In this document: in pieces, positions 10,733-19,289 of the stretch
Numbering within the stretch: position 1 is the first letter of the stretch
Layout: each line of letters starts with the position of its first letter
Assembly (NCBI RefSeq): GCF_004010195.1
Contig: NC_057720.1
Location: forward strand, 2,732,822 to 2,752,821
Reading direction: 5' to 3'
DNA length: 20,000 nt
Source: Chiloscyllium plagiosum
Taxonomy: Eukaryota
The notes under the pieces: model-generated
What the model saw: only the letters and a program-made list of their open reading frames with translations
Databases searched by the model: none
What the model was told of the DNA's origin: nothing
Program-made: the position numbers and the translations under genes

Positions 10733-11399
10733 CTTGTAAGGCAAGACCTACAAGTCAATATTCTTAAAACTAGAGGCAGATTGTAAAGTAAGCCATATTG
10801 CACAATTGTTCCACAACAGCCCATTGAGACTGTCCCAGCTTCCTGGTGGGAGCAATTGACCCAGTGCCACTCCCTCACATTCTCCCTGTAACCCTGCACA
10901 TTTTGCCTTTTCAGACAGTAATCCAGTTCTCATGAAAGCTTTGATTAATTCTGCCTCCACCATACCACACTAATAACTCACTACTTATTAATCTTGAATT
11001 TGTGGAATGCTCTGACTTAGATTTCCAGCATCTGGAGCATTTTTTAAGATAGTGAGAAATTTACCCCTTTAATCACGAAGCAATGGGAGTAGTTTTCGGG
11101 TAAGGAGTAGGAGGTGTTTTGAGAAGAAACATTTTCAGTCCGAGGGTGGTGACTATCTGGAACTGATTGTCTGAAAAGGTAGTTACTGCAGGAATTCTCA
11201 CAACATTTAAGGAATATCCAATTGACCATTTGAAATGCTCTCAGCCAAATAATGGGAAATTGGATTAGAATGGGATGTCTGCTGATCAGTAGGGGCATGA
11301 TGGGCTGAACAGGCTGTGAAAGCTCTAGGCTGTATAATTAAACAAGTTATAACTTTTCCCACATGTTACTCCATCTGATAAATTTCTGCCCACTCACCT

Positions 11400-11660
11400 C
11401 ACCTATCCTTGTCCCTTTACAGACTCTGTATGCCTTCTTCATGATGTACGTTCTTTGTATCATCAGCAGATGTAGCTTCCACACATTCAGCCCCTTCATT
11501 CAAGTGATTGATATGAATTGGAAATAGCTGAGGTCCCAGCACTGATTCCCGTGGCACACCATTCGTTACTTCCTGCCAACTTAAAAACTACCCATTGTCC
11601 ACTTCCTGTTAGCCAACCAATCCTCAATCGGTGCTAATCTGTTCCCCCCTACAGCATGAA
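11400..11660 (-). mobile_element. Degenerate CR1 RT core fragment
   Basis: Minus strand reads W.EVTNGVPRESVLGPQLFPIHINHL...SADDTK (decayed GVPQGSVLGP / FADD). Confidence 0.75.
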
Positions 11661-11930
11661 AAGAGCTTGTCTTTGGAATAGTTACCATTAAGGTTTACAG
11701 GATGCTGAAGGGGGAGGTGCGAGGGAGGAGCAGAGGACTGCTGGGAAGGTGATAAATATCTGGGAAGCTGCCAATGCCTCTGGCCTGCTCCCACACAGTG
11801 TACCCACTATTCACTCTCCCACTTTGACTTTGTTACTGAGAGACGGAGCTGCTGCCAACTGAGCTAGCCCAGGAGTGGTTTTGATTGGCATTGCTTTTTC
11901 ATTAATTGATGCCTATGTTTTGCTTTGCAG

Positions 11931-11984
11931 GGGTTTATCGGACCTCCTGGGATGGTAGGACCACCTGGGCCAGAAGGTAAAAAG
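11931..11984 (+). CDS. COL24A1: Fibrillar collagen triple-helix exon, 54 bp, phase 0 (GFIGPPGMVGPPGPEGKK)
   Basis: TTTTGCTTTGCAG acceptor ending 11930; AAG|GTAAGT consensus donor at 11985; 6 Gly-X-Y triplets; canonical 54 bp. Resembles recalled COL24A1 GFIGSPGEAGQLGPEGER more than COL27A1 GYIGLPGLFGLPGSDGER. Confidence 0.88.
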
Positions 11985-12081
11985 GTAAGTGTGTTCCCAG
12001 AATGCGCTCCGGCGAGATTATTCAATTGGTCCACAGTTTCTGAGTCTGATCCCTTGGCTGAGTGCAATAAACATTTCAAAA

Positions 12082-12520
12082 GTTTTTTTTTTATTCATTC
12101 ACCGGATTTGGGCATCGTTGCCTAGGCCAGTTTTTATTGCCCATCCCTAGTTGCCCAAAGGACAGTTAAGGGTAAATCACATTGCTACAGGTCTGGAGTC
12201 ACACATAGGCCAGACCAGGTAAGGATGGCAGTTTCCTTCTCTAAAGGACATTACTAAGCCAGATGGGTTTTTCCTGACAATGCAGAGTTTTACTGAATTA
12301 AATGTCTACCATCTGCCTTGGTGGGATTTGAACTCAGGACACCCCAAGAACATTATTGACAACAAAAATAGAATCTGCTGGAAAAGATCAGCAGGTGTGG
12401 CAGCATCTGTGAAGAGAACTCAAAGTTAACCTTTCAGGTCTGGTGATGCTTTCCCCAGAACATTATCTCTGTCTCTGGATTAATACTCCAGTGATAACGC
12501 CACTTGGCCATCTTCACCCC
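12082..12520 (-). mobile_element. tRNA-derived SINE with L2/Crack-like 3' tail, interrupted by a PLE fragment
   Basis: Minus strand: A-box-like TGGCCAAGTGG (~12500-12510), B-box-like GAGTTCAAATCC (~12324-12335), central body, then GGGCAACTAGGGATGGGCAATAAA...GAATGAATAAAAAAAAA tail. Confidence 0.82.
12357..12456 (-). mobile_element. Short Penelope-like terminal fragment inserted in the SINE, 10-bp TSD
   Basis: AGAACATTAT at 12347-12356 and 12457-12466; insert has GCTGGAAAA...GGCAGCATCTG and a decayed hammerhead. Confidence 0.75.
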
Positions 12521-12810
12521 TTCCAAACAATGTCAAAGCCATTATCTTTAACTCACGGCACGAGGGCAATCCTGGCAACGCCAGCAATGATTGCCCATCC
12601 CTAACTGTCCCTGAGAAGGTGGAGAGCCACCTTCCCTGATTGACTTTCTGGGACTTTTCAGATGGGATTTATTTCAGATGAGTGGAGGACTGCTGAGAAG
12701 GTGAGTATAATGGTTTAAAACACTTACCTCAGGCGCGGGGCTGCCATTTGTCGAGAGGAGCAAGGGAGGAGTGGAGGACTGCTGAGAAGGTGATAAATAT
12801 CTGGGAAGCT

Positions 12811-12939
12811 GCCAATATGTGCCACGACTTCTGGCTGCTCACCCTCCCCCTTCAGAATCCTGTAAACCTGATCGGTGACATCCCAGACTCTGGCACCAGG
12901 GAGGCAACATACCTTCCTGGAGTCCTGTTCCTGACCACA
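12811..12939 (-). mobile_element. CR1 ORF1 esterase (SGNH-like) domain fragment
   Basis: Minus-strand frame without stops, not in the ORF track: CGQEQDSRKVCCLPGARVWDVTDQVYRILKGEGEQPEVVAHIG, matching the CR1 ORF1 VCCLPGA...VVVHIGTND motif. Confidence 0.82.
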
Positions 12940-13154
12940 TACAGCCAGGAAAGGGATTGGGGATCTGAAAAGTGACTACAGAGAGCTAGTTTGGAAGCTG
13001 AAGAGCAGGATGAGTAGAGTGGTAATCTTGATTTTGCTACTGTTGCCATGAGATAGTGAGGTGAGGAACAGTCAGCCAATGACCTCTCGACAAAGGAGGC
13101 CCCGACGCCTGAAGTAAGTATTTTAAAGAGGGATTTAAAAGGAAATCTCATGCT

Positions 13155-13370
13155 GGATATGGAGTCAAATGTAGGCCAGACCAGGTAAGGACAACTGATT
13201 TCTGCCCCTCAAGGACATGAGCAAACAATAATCTGATGTTTTCATGATCACCAGATTTTCTTTCATTGTTAACCTTGAATTTAAATTCCCCAGTTGCGAT
13301 GAGACTTGATTACATGTTCCTGGGCCTTTAGTCCAGGCCTGCAGGTTATTTCCGCCAAAACATAACCATT
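13155..13370 (-). mobile_element. Degenerate copy of the same tRNA-derived SINE
   Basis: GGAGTCAAATGTAGGCCAGACCAGGTAAGGA matches ~12195-12225. Confidence 0.7.
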
Positions 13371-13570
13371 GAACATCAGTAACCCGATGGGATCACAGAA
13401 AGATAAACAAACACTTTGTTTTTTTCACACCTTTGTTACTGAAAAATTGTTGCTCATTTTAGACTTAGGATTGTCTGACTTTCTGTCTGTAATTCAACTG
13501 TTTGAAAGTTTCACTGAATTTCTGTTGTTTATGAAGGTGTATTGTGTGGTATGTGTCATTTCCTTTTCAG

Positions 13571-13615
13571 GGTATCGCGGGACCCCGTGGGAAAAAGGGC
13601 CCCAAGGGGAGACCG
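13571..13615 (+). CDS. COL24A1: Fibrillar collagen triple-helix exon, 45 bp, phase 0 (GIAGPRGKKGPKGRP)
   Basis: TTTCCTTTTCAG acceptor ending 13570; CCG|GTAAGT donor at 13616; 5 Gly-X-Y triplets. Resembles recalled COL24A1 GIPGIRGKKGFKGRQ. Confidence 0.87.
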
Positions 13616-14009
13616 GTAAGTTCTTTTCCTGAGCAAATGATACCTTTTAGATTTTGAAATCTCACCCCAACCCCGTGAGTGACCATGATTGTGCGGTGCT
13701 GTGAAAGTTCTTAAGCCTGAAATGACAGTTTATCGTATAAATCTTACACACATTTCTGTGACCTTTCTTGCTCAGAGAGGATGGTTAAATCTGTTAAGGT
13801 ATCACAAAAAAGAATTTCACACAATCATACCTCCATCTTAATGCCGAAGTGTTTTCTGTCTTTGAAAGTCCAGGAAGTTTTGTAGTTTGATTGGCAGCAT
13901 TGATATTGCAACACTGAGCTTTCACAATACTGCATTCATTTACTTTCTAAATATTTATGCTTTTCTTAATACATTCTGAGGGTAAAGGCTTTGCAACTAA
14001 TTTAGGATA

Positions 14010-14135
14010 AACTCAAAGAACTGCAGATGTTGGAAATCTGAAACAAAAGCAAAGCATGCTGAAGAAATGCAGAGGGTCTGGCAGCATCTATGAACAGAGA
14101 AACAGATTTGATATTTTGAGTCGGGTGACCCGAGA
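14010..14135 (-). mobile_element. Degenerate Penelope-like terminal fragment
   Basis: ACTGCAGATGTTGGAAATCTG...GGTCTGGCAGCATCT, same motif order as other minus-strand PLE ends. Confidence 0.6.
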
Positions 14136-14194
14136 TGAGGAGAAATTACTTCTCCAACAGGATTGTGGAACTCACTGAACCAAAGTGCAGCTGT

Positions 14195-14610
14195 CCCTAT
14201 CCCCAGCCCCAATCCTGAAGAAGGGTTACACCCAAAATGTTGACTTCTTTTGGTAAGGCCACTGTTGGAATATTGCGTGCGATTTTGGTCTCCTTCCTAT
14301 CAGAAAGATGTTGTGAAACTTGAAAGCGTTCAGAAAAGATTTACAAGAATGTTGCCAGGGTTGGAGGATCTGAGCTACAGGGAGAGGCTGAACAGGCTGG
14401 GGCTGTTTTCCCTGGAGCGTCGGAGGCTGAGGGGTGACCTTATAGAGGTTGCTGTACATCTCTATGACTCTATGACTCTCCACCTCCTGATGCTGCCTGG
14501 CTTGCTGTGTTCCCCCAGCCTCCTGCCTGTCCCTCCTGATGCTGCCTGTCTTGCTGTGTTCCCCCGTCCTCCTGCCTGTCTACCTTGGATTCCAGCATCT
14601 GCAGTTTGTT
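14195..14610 (+). mobile_element. Penelope-like pLTR with a nested CR1 piece (14249-14479) and a 49-bp tandem duplication (14483-14580)
   Basis: Broken hammerhead CUGAAGA-A-GGGU UACA CCC-AAAA at ~14215-14240; CR1 [15 protein letters not shown]...RGDLIEV joined to a (TCTATGAC)n tail; PLE resumes at 14480 and ends CCAGCATCTGCAG. Confidence 0.8.
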
Positions 14611-14619
14611 TATGGAGTG

Positions 14620-15370
14620 GTGACGGCATCAATCCACAGATTCAAGAAAGAAATAGCTGTGTTTTGGATGAAAAGCAGGATTAAAGGGCTGCGGGGAACA
14701 GGCAGGAGAGTGGAGTTGAGACTGGGATAAGATTAGCCCTGATTATGTTAAATGGCACAGTGCATTCAAAGAGCTGAATTGACTACCCCGCTCCAAATTC
14801 GTATGTTACGGGGAGATTGCAGGGAAAATAGGGTTGAAAAACCTATCAGCCATGCTTGAATGGCAGAGCAGGCTCGATTGGCTGAATGGCCTGTTTTCTG
14901 CTCCTATGTTGTATGGTCTTATGTTACTATGAATCTTCCTCAGATGGATTCCAGTGAATTTTAAAAAAATCAAAAAATGTTTCCTCTGAGAATGGAGTGG
15001 TTGTGAGACTCACTCCCATGGGGAGGGGTTGGAGCTAATAATATTGATGCAATTAGAGGAAGCTGCCAGAACACACGACGGAGAAAGAATGACAAGGATG
15101 GACTGATAGGGTGAGGTGAAGAGAGGTAGGGTGGGAGCTTGGGTGGAGTTTAAGGGTCAGCATAGACTACTTGGACTGAATGGCCTGTCTCCCAGTTTTA
15201 CATTTGCTAAAGTTTACCCTGAAATCCTGTGTAACTCCCTTGACTGGGGAATGATACAATCATAGAGCGACATGGGTTGAGAAAGGTCACAGATGTTCTC
15301 ATTGAAATGATCATGAGTCACAGGTTGGACTGAAGAGTCTGTTTTTGGGCTGTGTAACTGTATCACTCTA
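14620..15370 (+). mobile_element. Cluster of about four tandem, same-orientation CR1 3' UTR remnants
   Basis: Repeated tail motifs GCTGAATTGACT (~14775), GGCTGAATGGCCT (~14880), GACTGAATGGCCT (~15175), GGACTGAAGAGTCTG (~15330). Confidence 0.65.
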
Positions 15371-15389
15371 TCGTCCTCTCAGAGGCTCA

Positions 15390-17430
15390 GAGATGGTTGG
15401 CACCTTCTCCCAGATTGGAATTGTTGGGGCTGGAGGCTCCCATCAGGAATGGGGTTGTTGGACATTATCAGAGAGGCTTTGAGGGCATTAAAGCACTTCT
15501 TGTGGGGGTGGGATCCATCTTCTCACCTCTCTCTGGGGAAAAGCGTTTCTCTGATTGTTTTTCTTCATCCATTCATGGGAGGATATGAGTGTGTCTTTGG
15601 AGCGTTTTCTTTCCCCTCCCGGTAGCCGTTTGTTATGACAAAGAGCGGGGTAGGGAGCTTCTTTTGGAAACCCTGTGTCAAGATATGACCTTTCTCTGTC
15701 CAATGCAGCTGACCTCCCATCAATAGTTCCTCAATGACTGGGGATGTTGGCTTGAGAGAGGTCACTGATACAGGGGGAGACTATTCTGCCATTGGATTTG
15801 GAGGATGTTGTGAAGATATTGATGTCTCTCTTGGATTTTGAGGTATCCACCATCTATTTTGTACTTCTGACTGAAGGTGGGTAACGTTGCTGCCCTGCAG
15901 AGTGTGTGCCTGGTGCCTGTCTTGAGGTCTTTATCACCAAATGCTGTGTTCCTCAGATAGCTAAAAGCTGCAGTGGCATCCCAGCACACTGGAGGTTATG
16001 TCGAGTTTCATGTTGATGTGTGCTCTCACTGGAAGGAGACTCTGATGCTGTGAGAGTGATCCAGACTGTGTTGTGGTTCATCGTGAATGGATCTTGATAG
16101 TCAGGGAGCAGGTTGTGGAGCAGGAGTAGGTTGGTGGAGGACTTTCTTTGCTGGATGTTTAGGCAAGGCCCATTCTCTCAATGCTCTGTAAATGCATGAT
16201 TACAGTTTGGAGTTGAGCTTCTTATTATCTGCAAATGCTGGCGTTATCTGTGTGCTGCAACTCAATGATGGGGGTGGTTGGAGTGGTCTTGCCTCTGGAT
16301 TGGGCTTCATGCAGTTTGAACATTTCCTGCTCATCCCTTAGAGAAGATTCTCTTCAGCAGGAAGCTCCATGGAGATGGGATGCATGATCAGAACCTCAAC
16401 TGGACTCGCCACACAAACACAGTGGCTACAAGAGCAGGTCAGAGACTAGGAATCCTGCAGCGAGGAACTCACCTCCTGACTCCCCAAATCCTGTCCACCA
16501 TCTACAGTGGCACAAGTCAGGAGTGCGATGGAATACTCCCCACTTGTCTGGATGGGTGCAGCTCCAACAACACACAAGACGTTTGACACCATCCAGGACA
16601 AAGCAGCCCACTTGACTGGCACCACATCCACAAACATTCACTCCCTCCACCCCGAAACTCAGTAGCAGCAGTGGGTACCATTTACAAGATGCACTGCAGA
16701 AAATCACCGATCCTCAGACAGCACCTTCCACACCCAGAACCATTTCCATCTAGAAGGACAAGGGCAGCAGATACATGGGAACACCATCCCCTGCACATTC
16801 CCCTCCAAGCCACTCACCATCTTGACTTGGAAATATATCACTGTTCCTTCACTGTCACAGGATCAAAATCCTGGAAAACCCTCCCTAAGGGCATTTTGGG
16901 TCACATGGTTCAAGAAGGTAGCTCAGCCCCAACTTCTCAAGGGGCAACTAGGGATGGCCAATAAATACTGGTCCCAGCCAGAGATACCCATAAAGAAATG
17001 AAAGTGGGTGGAGAGTTGAAGTGAGGAAGATGGTGAAGAGTTGATGTAGGAACACAGTCGTGTTTGACCCTGGCTTGCCTCCGTACTGGATATGATGGTG
17101 AGGAGAGGAGCTTGCAGGTTGCCGTGCAGCAGAGAATGGTGACAGATTCCTGCAGGGAGCCAAATTTGAGGAGGATCTTCCATAATCCCTCTGGGTGACA
17201 GTGCCAAAGGCCTGTGTGAGGTCAACGAAGTCCCATGCAGTGGGTGATGCTGCTCTCTGCATTTATCTTTGACTTGTCTTACCATGGAGATCATGTTCAT
17301 TCAGGATTGAACCTTCATTGTGACTCTAGAGGAGCTCTGCAGCCAGTGGATGGAGAGTTTGAGGAAGGTTGTTCCCTGGGGCTGACAGCAGGGAGGCTCC
17401 TGTGTAGATCCCTTGATTGATTTCAGCACC
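15390..17430 (-). mobile_element. Degenerate RTE-clade LINE (RT and C-terminal region), interrupted at 16380-17004
   Basis: Minus-strand fragments SLLSAPG, RQVKDKCREQHHPL, FVDLTQAFGTV, AAFSYLRNTAFGDKDLK, LHNILQIQWQ, QLHW.GH, KRLPGGERKRSKDTL follow RTE ORF motif order. Confidence 0.85.
16380..17004 (+). mobile_element. L2/Crack-like (CR1-group) LINE 3' fragment nested in the RTE
   Basis: DQNLNWTRHTNTVATRAGQRLGILQR.THLLTPQILSTIY..QVRSAMEYSPLVW is an RT C-terminal segment; tail GGGCAACTAGGGATGG..AATAAAT; RTE frame resumes on both sides. Exact clade uncertain. Confidence 0.85.
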
Positions 17431-17439
17431 TCTCTTAGC

Positions 17440-17557
17440 ACGGACAGAAAGTGGGAAAGTAGGGTTGAGAAATGTGTCAGCCATGATTGAATGGTAGAGC
17501 AGACTCAATGGGCTGAATCGTCTAATTTCTGCTTCAATGTCTTATGGTCTTATGGTC
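17440..17557 (+). mobile_element. CR1 3' UTR with (TCTTATGG)n tail
   Basis: CAGCCATGATTGAATGGTAGAGCAGACTCAATGGGCTGAAT...GTCTTATGGTCTTATGGTC; homologous to 14805-14925. Confidence 0.78.
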
Positions 17558-17639
17558 AATCTTGAAGATGGTCATAATGGTAGTGTCCCAGAGATACTTG
17601 GTCTCTGGTTACCTCACAGTGTGGCAGTACCAGCTATTG

Positions 17640-18222
17640 GCAGGGGGAACTGGGATAGCAGGGGTAGCTGGGGGAGTGTGGAGAGCTGGGAGAGATTGGG
17701 GGAGTGGGGAAGCTGAGATGGAGAGGGAGTGTGAGGGGAGCTGCGAGAGCAGGGGTAGCTGGGGGAGTGTGGAGAGCTGGGAGAGTAGTGGACCTGGGAA
17801 AGCTTGGGGGAGATNNNNNNNNNNNNNNNNNNNNNNNNNNNNNNNNNNNNNNNNNNNNNNNNNNNNNNNNNNNNNNNNNNNNNNNNNNNNNNNNNNNNNN
17901 NNNNNNNNNNNNNNNNNNNNNNNNNNNNNNNNNNNNNNNNNNNNNNNNNNNNNNNNNNNNNNNNNNNNNNNNNNNNNNNNNNNNNNNNNNNNNNNNNNNN
18001 NNNNNNNNNNNNNNNNNNNNNNNNNNNNNNNNNNNNNNNNNNNNNNNNNNNNNNNNNNNNNNNNNNNNNNNNNNNNNNNNNNNNNNNNNNNNNNNNNNNN
18101 NNNNNNNNNNNNNNNNNNNNNGAGGAGCAGGTGGAGGAGAGGGAGTAGGGGGAGCTGGGAGCAGAGGGGGAGCTGACGGAACAGGGCGAGCAGGTCAAGA
18201 AGGGGGAGTGGGGGTAGCAGGG
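17640..18222 (+). repeat. G/A-rich low-complexity minisatellite-like tract spanning an assembly gap
   Basis: Exact 38-bp repeat AGCAGGGGTAGCTGGGGGAGTGTGGAGAGCTGGGAGAG at 17657-17694 and 17748-17785; GGGAGCTG/GAGCAG motifs on both sides of the gap. Confidence 0.85.
17815..18121. other. Assembly gap (307 N)
   Basis: Run of N. Confidence 1.
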
Positions 18223-18391
18223 CAATTTCCTGGTCAACCACACAATGGAATGAGCCATGTAGCCTGGATCCTCATTGTCTATAGCACCAGGCTACATGCC
18301 CCACCATCATCACAATACAACCTCCAAAAACCATGGAGAAGGGCATCACCAAAGATAATTCCCTGTGTCACTTATTTCACCAACCATCTGG

Positions 18392-18580
18392 GTGAGATGG
18401 TGGCCTCCTGGCAGTGTCACTGGGCTAGTAACCCAGAGACCCAGGCTAGTGCTTTGGAGAGATGGGATCAAATCACAACAGATGAGCTGGTGAAATATAA
18501 ATTCACTTCACCTCAACTCCTCTCAGAAATGGCAACAGTGAAACTCTCATTGGTTATTGTAATAATATATTGGCTGGCGA
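18392..18580 (+). mobile_element. 5' part (tRNA-like head) of the same SINE family, degenerate
   Basis: GGTGGCCTCCTGGCAGTGTCACTGGGCTAGTAACCCAGAGACCCAG...GGATCAAATC resembles the minus-strand head at 12320-12520. Confidence 0.6.
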
Positions 18581-19129
18581 AAATCCCTCACACACTAACA
18601 CAAGAGGTAAATCATTGAGGGCTAATCAGGAGCAATGCTGTTCAGTTGATACAATTCACATCCCACCAAGTCAGGGATGCAACGCAAAATCAAAATACCA
18701 CAGATGCTGGAAAGCTGAAATAAAGACAAAACAAAAAATTGTAGATAACAGGTCAGGTAGCATGTGGGGAGACAAACCATTTTAACTTTTGTAGATTTAC
18801 TATCTCAGATCAATGCTACAGTGACACTAGTTTCTATATCTGATCTGATTTGACTTATTATTGTCACGTGTACCATGATACAGTGAAAAGTATTGCTTTG
18901 TGTGCTATCCAGACAAGTCATACCATACATAGATGCATCAGGGTAATAGAATGATGAATGATTTATTGTCATGTGTATTTTACAATAAAACATAGTGAAA
19001 AGCTTCCACTGTCATTGTGATTTTAGCACCATTTTGAATAGTTTAAGAATAATAAGAAAACGATACAGCTTAAAGAGAGTCCGTCATCCTCTTGCCTCCA
19101 CTACCACTGCTGGACCCATCCAGCAGTGA

Positions 19130-19277
19130 AACTGCAGATCCCCAGATTCTGGATCAGTGGTGCTGGAAGAGCACAGCAATTCAGGCAGCATCCGAGGACA
19201 GGCAAAATCGACGTTTCGGGCAAAAGCCCTTCATCAGGAATAAAGGCAGAGAGCCTGAAGCATGGAGAGATAAGCTA
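19130..19277 (-). mobile_element. Penelope-like pLTR fragment
   Basis: GTGGTGCTGGAAGAGCACAGC...AGGCAGCATCC... matches the reverse complement of 7440-7495 and 3500-3535. Confidence 0.85.
19205..19241 (-). ncRNA. Minimal hammerhead ribozyme motif (PLE type), best-preserved copy
   Basis: Minus strand CUGAUGA-A-GGGC UUUU GCCC-GAAA-CGUC: perfect core, 4-bp GC stem II, palindromic ACGU stem III, predicted cleavage after the C at 19210; stem I short and imperfect. Confidence 0.75.
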
Positions 19278-19289
19278 CCCTCTCAGGCA

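Noticed and set aside
11977..11982. Alternative donor AG|GTAAAA within the 54-bp exon (and AG|GTAGAC at 2041)
   Set aside because: Weaker than the adjacent consensus donors and would shift the Gly-X-Y frame.
12320..12520. tRNA gene from A/B box motifs
   Set aside because: No cloverleaf; it is a SINE head followed by SINE body and tail, and is interrupted by an insertion.
17544..18618. Gly-rich 114-304 aa ORFs resembling collagen
   Set aside because: They span a 307-N gap and G-rich low-complexity DNA; no Gly-X-Y periodicity or exon-sized splice boundaries.
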